From a virus (lineage: Duplodnaviria; Caudoviricetes), in the IMG/VR virus record IMGVR_UViG_3300034170_000089, positions 1,094 to 65,093 of that record: a stretch of 64,000 bases of DNA, one strand, 5' to 3'. The notes beneath the pieces were generated by a model. The model had not been told where the DNA came from, made no database searches, and saw nothing but the letters and a program-made list of their open reading frames with translations. The first letter of the stretch is position 1; the number at the start of each line of letters is the position of its first letter. Made by a program: the position numbers and the translations under genes. Shown here in pieces: positions 62,336-64,000 of this stretch.

Positions 62336-63583
62336 ATGCCCGAGAACGGAAAGCGCCTATCCGCCGTCCGCCGCTTCGACCTGCTCGACCATCGCCTCGA
62401 CGGCGGTGCGGTCCAGCCGAACGGCTGGCTCAAGGTTGACCGCGCGTTCATCTCGCGGACCGGGGTACAGGAGTACCGCGACGCGGCCGGCAACGTCCGG
62501 CGGGAGCTGCGGCTCCCTGAGGAGGTCTTCGACGAGGCCTCGCTCCGCTCCTTCGCGATGATGCCGATGACCGATGACCATCCGAAGTGCGGGCTGCTCG
62601 ACGCCGAGACCTGCCAAGAGCACCAGCGCGGCCACCTCGGCGAGACGGTCCAAAGAGAAGGGGAGCGCGTCGCCGCGCCGATCCTCATCACGGACGGTGG
62701 ACTGATCAAGAAGGTGCTCGACGGGAAGCGGCAGCTTTCTTGTGGGTACACCTGTGATCTCGAGGACGCACCCGGGACCTGGAACGGACAACCCTACGAC
62801 CTGATCCAGCGGAACATCCGCGGAAACCACGTCGCAGTGGTCGATCGCGCACGCGGCGGCCCGGAATTGAGCCTCCGATTGGACAGCTCCGATGCCGCTT
62901 CGATAGGTGGGAATCGAGAGCACGACGAACCTTTGGCCCCGAGCCGGGAGGACACGATGGCGGTGAAGATCAAGATCGACGGAATCGAGGTCGAGGTCGC
63001 GAACGAGCAGGCCGCTCAGATCATCGAGAAGGCGCTGCAGATCCGGTCCGACTCGGTCGCCACGCTGGAGCGCACACACAAGGAAGTCCATGCCCAGCTC
63101 GTCCAGGCGCAGGGCGACCTGACCAAGGAGACGGGGCGGGCGGACGCGCTCGACGCGAAGGCCAAGGGCCTCGAGAAGGACCGCGCCGACGCCGCCGACC
63201 CCAAGCGTCTCGCCGATGCCGTCCGCGCTCGCATCGGCCTGGAGAACCAGGCCCGCCGCATCCTCGGCGAGGACGCCAAGCTCGACGCGATGAGCGAGAT
63301 CGACGTGATGAAGGCGGTGCTGGCCAAGAGCCGCCCCAAGCTCAAGCTCGACGGCAAGGACGCCGGCTACATCGAGGCCGCCTACGGGGTGACCGTGGCC
63401 GACGAAGAGGACCGCCAGGGCCGCGAGGGAGTCCGCAAGGCCCGCGCCGCCTCCGGCACCCCCGAGGATCGGCGGGACGGCGAGGAGGATCCCCCCGACG
63501 CCTCCAAGCTCGAGAAGAAGTTCAAGGCGGACTCCGAGCAGGCCTGGAAGAAGTTGACGGTCGGAGTGACCGCCGCGTCGTAG
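62336..63583 (+). CDS. Head maturation protease / scaffold (DUF2213)
   Basis: RTGVQEY, PEEVF, TDDHP, QLSCGY, QRNIRGNHVAVV.RARGG; coiled-coil C-terminal half. Confidence 0.88.
   Translation: MPENGKRLSAVRRFDLLDHRLDGGAVQPNGWLKVDRAFISRTGVQEYRDAAGNVRRELRLPEEVFDEASLRSFAMMPMTDDHPKCGLLDAETCQEHQRGHLGETVQREGERVAAPILITDGGLIKKVLDGKRQLSCGYTCDLEDAPGTWNGQPYDLIQRNIRGNHVAVVDRARGGPELSLRLDSSDAASIGGNREHDEPLAPSREDTMAVKIKIDGIEVEVANEQAAQIIEKALQIRSDSVATLERTHKEVHAQLVQAQGDLTKETGRADALDAKAKGLEKDRADAADPKRLADAVRARIGLENQARRILGEDAKLDAMSEIDVMKAVLAKSRPKLKLDGKDAGYIEAAYGVTVADEEDRQGREGVRKARAASGTPEDRRDGEEDPPDASKLEKKFKADSEQAWKKLTVGVTAAS
62902..62911 (+). promoter_or_regulatory. GATAGGTGGG motif inside the protease gene, upstream of the nested scaffold start
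   Basis: Exact copy, 45 nt before GGGAGG-preceded ATG 62957. Confidence 0.6.
62957..63583 (+). CDS. Nested in-frame scaffold protein
   Basis: Internal RBS GGGAGG and ATG (MAVKIKIDG) at the domain boundary. Confidence 0.65.
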   Translation: MAVKIKIDGIEVEVANEQAAQIIEKALQIRSDSVATLERTHKEVHAQLVQAQGDLTKETGRADALDAKAKGLEKDRADAADPKRLADAVRARIGLENQARRILGEDAKLDAMSEIDVMKAVLAKSRPKLKLDGKDAGYIEAAYGVTVADEEDRQGREGVRKARAASGTPEDRRDGEEDPPDASKLEKKFKADSEQAWKKLTVGVTAAS

Positions 63584-63629
63584 GCGAACCGCCAGCGACA
63601 GGACAACCCTCGAAAGCGAAGGAGACGCG

Positions 63630-64000
63630 ATGCCCGGAATCACTGCCTACCCCACCACTCCCCCGGCCGGCTTCGCCGGTCAGATCTCCGACGAGAGCCC
63701 GCGGTACGTCGACACCGCCATCAACAAGGCCGCGGCCCCCATCCCGTTCGGCATCGCCGTCAAAAAGGGGACCAACGACGACGAGGCGATCCTGCTCGCC
63801 GCGACCGGCGACCCGCTCATCGGTGTCGCCGTCCACCGGCACGACGTGAACACCATCGGGTCGTCGGGCTGGGCCGCCACCGCCGGCATCCCGGTCAACG
63901 ACCGCTTCGACCTGATGAAGTCGGGCGTGATCAACGTCGTCGTCGAGGAGGCGGTGACGAAGTACGACAAGGCCTTCGTCCGCTTCGCCTCCGGCGCCGG
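63630..64000 (+). CDS. Head decoration / cement protein (truncated by window end)
   Basis: RBS AAGGAG; AGFAGQ, IPFGIAV, IGVAV, G.INV motifs; sits between scaffold and capsid genes. Confidence 0.75.
   Translation, partial: MPGITAYPTTPPAGFAGQISDESPRYVDTAINKAAAPIPFGIAVKKGTNDDEAILLAATGDPLIGVAVHRHDVNTIGSSGWAATAGIPVNDRFDLMKSGVINVVVEEAVTKYDKAFVRFASGA

Overview
The whole window is phage DNA: an almost complete, circularly permuted genome of a GC-rich temperate myovirus. It opens with the last codons of a DUF2184-type major capsid gene and ends inside the head-cement gene that normally precedes it. Order: head-tail joining and contractile-tail genes (+, 1-9041); a block of lipoprotein/membrane morons; baseplate wedge and tail-fibre genes on the opposite strand (11226-14430); amidase endolysin, membrane/lysis genes and a cluster of signal-peptide-bearing, fibre-like or glycan-active proteins (+, 14511-24018); a long leftward accessory/early arm with a large serine recombinase, DUF5131, MazG-like, SMC-like ATPase and YqaJ genes (-, 24020-44774); a divergent HTH switch with five operator-like palindromes; a rightward arm with DNA methyltransferases, SNF2 helicase, replication initiator/loader and a RusA fusion; then HNH, ParB-like, terminase, portal and head genes. 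Several accessory proteins resemble myxobacterial families, so a Myxococcota host is inferred but not shown. The most interesting observations are: (1) a late operon of apparently Sec-exported, cysteine-rich tail-fibre-like proteins; (2) a GATAGGTGGG motif that precedes late transcription units, three times exactly 4 nt before ATG; (3) an HNH endonuclease that carries a copy of the N-terminus of the adjacent ParB-like gene; (4) an apparent 5.4-kb inversion of the baseplate/fibre block; (5) the same 53-aa module inserted in both the tail sheath and baseplate J. All family assignments are from motif recognition and synteny, not from database searches.
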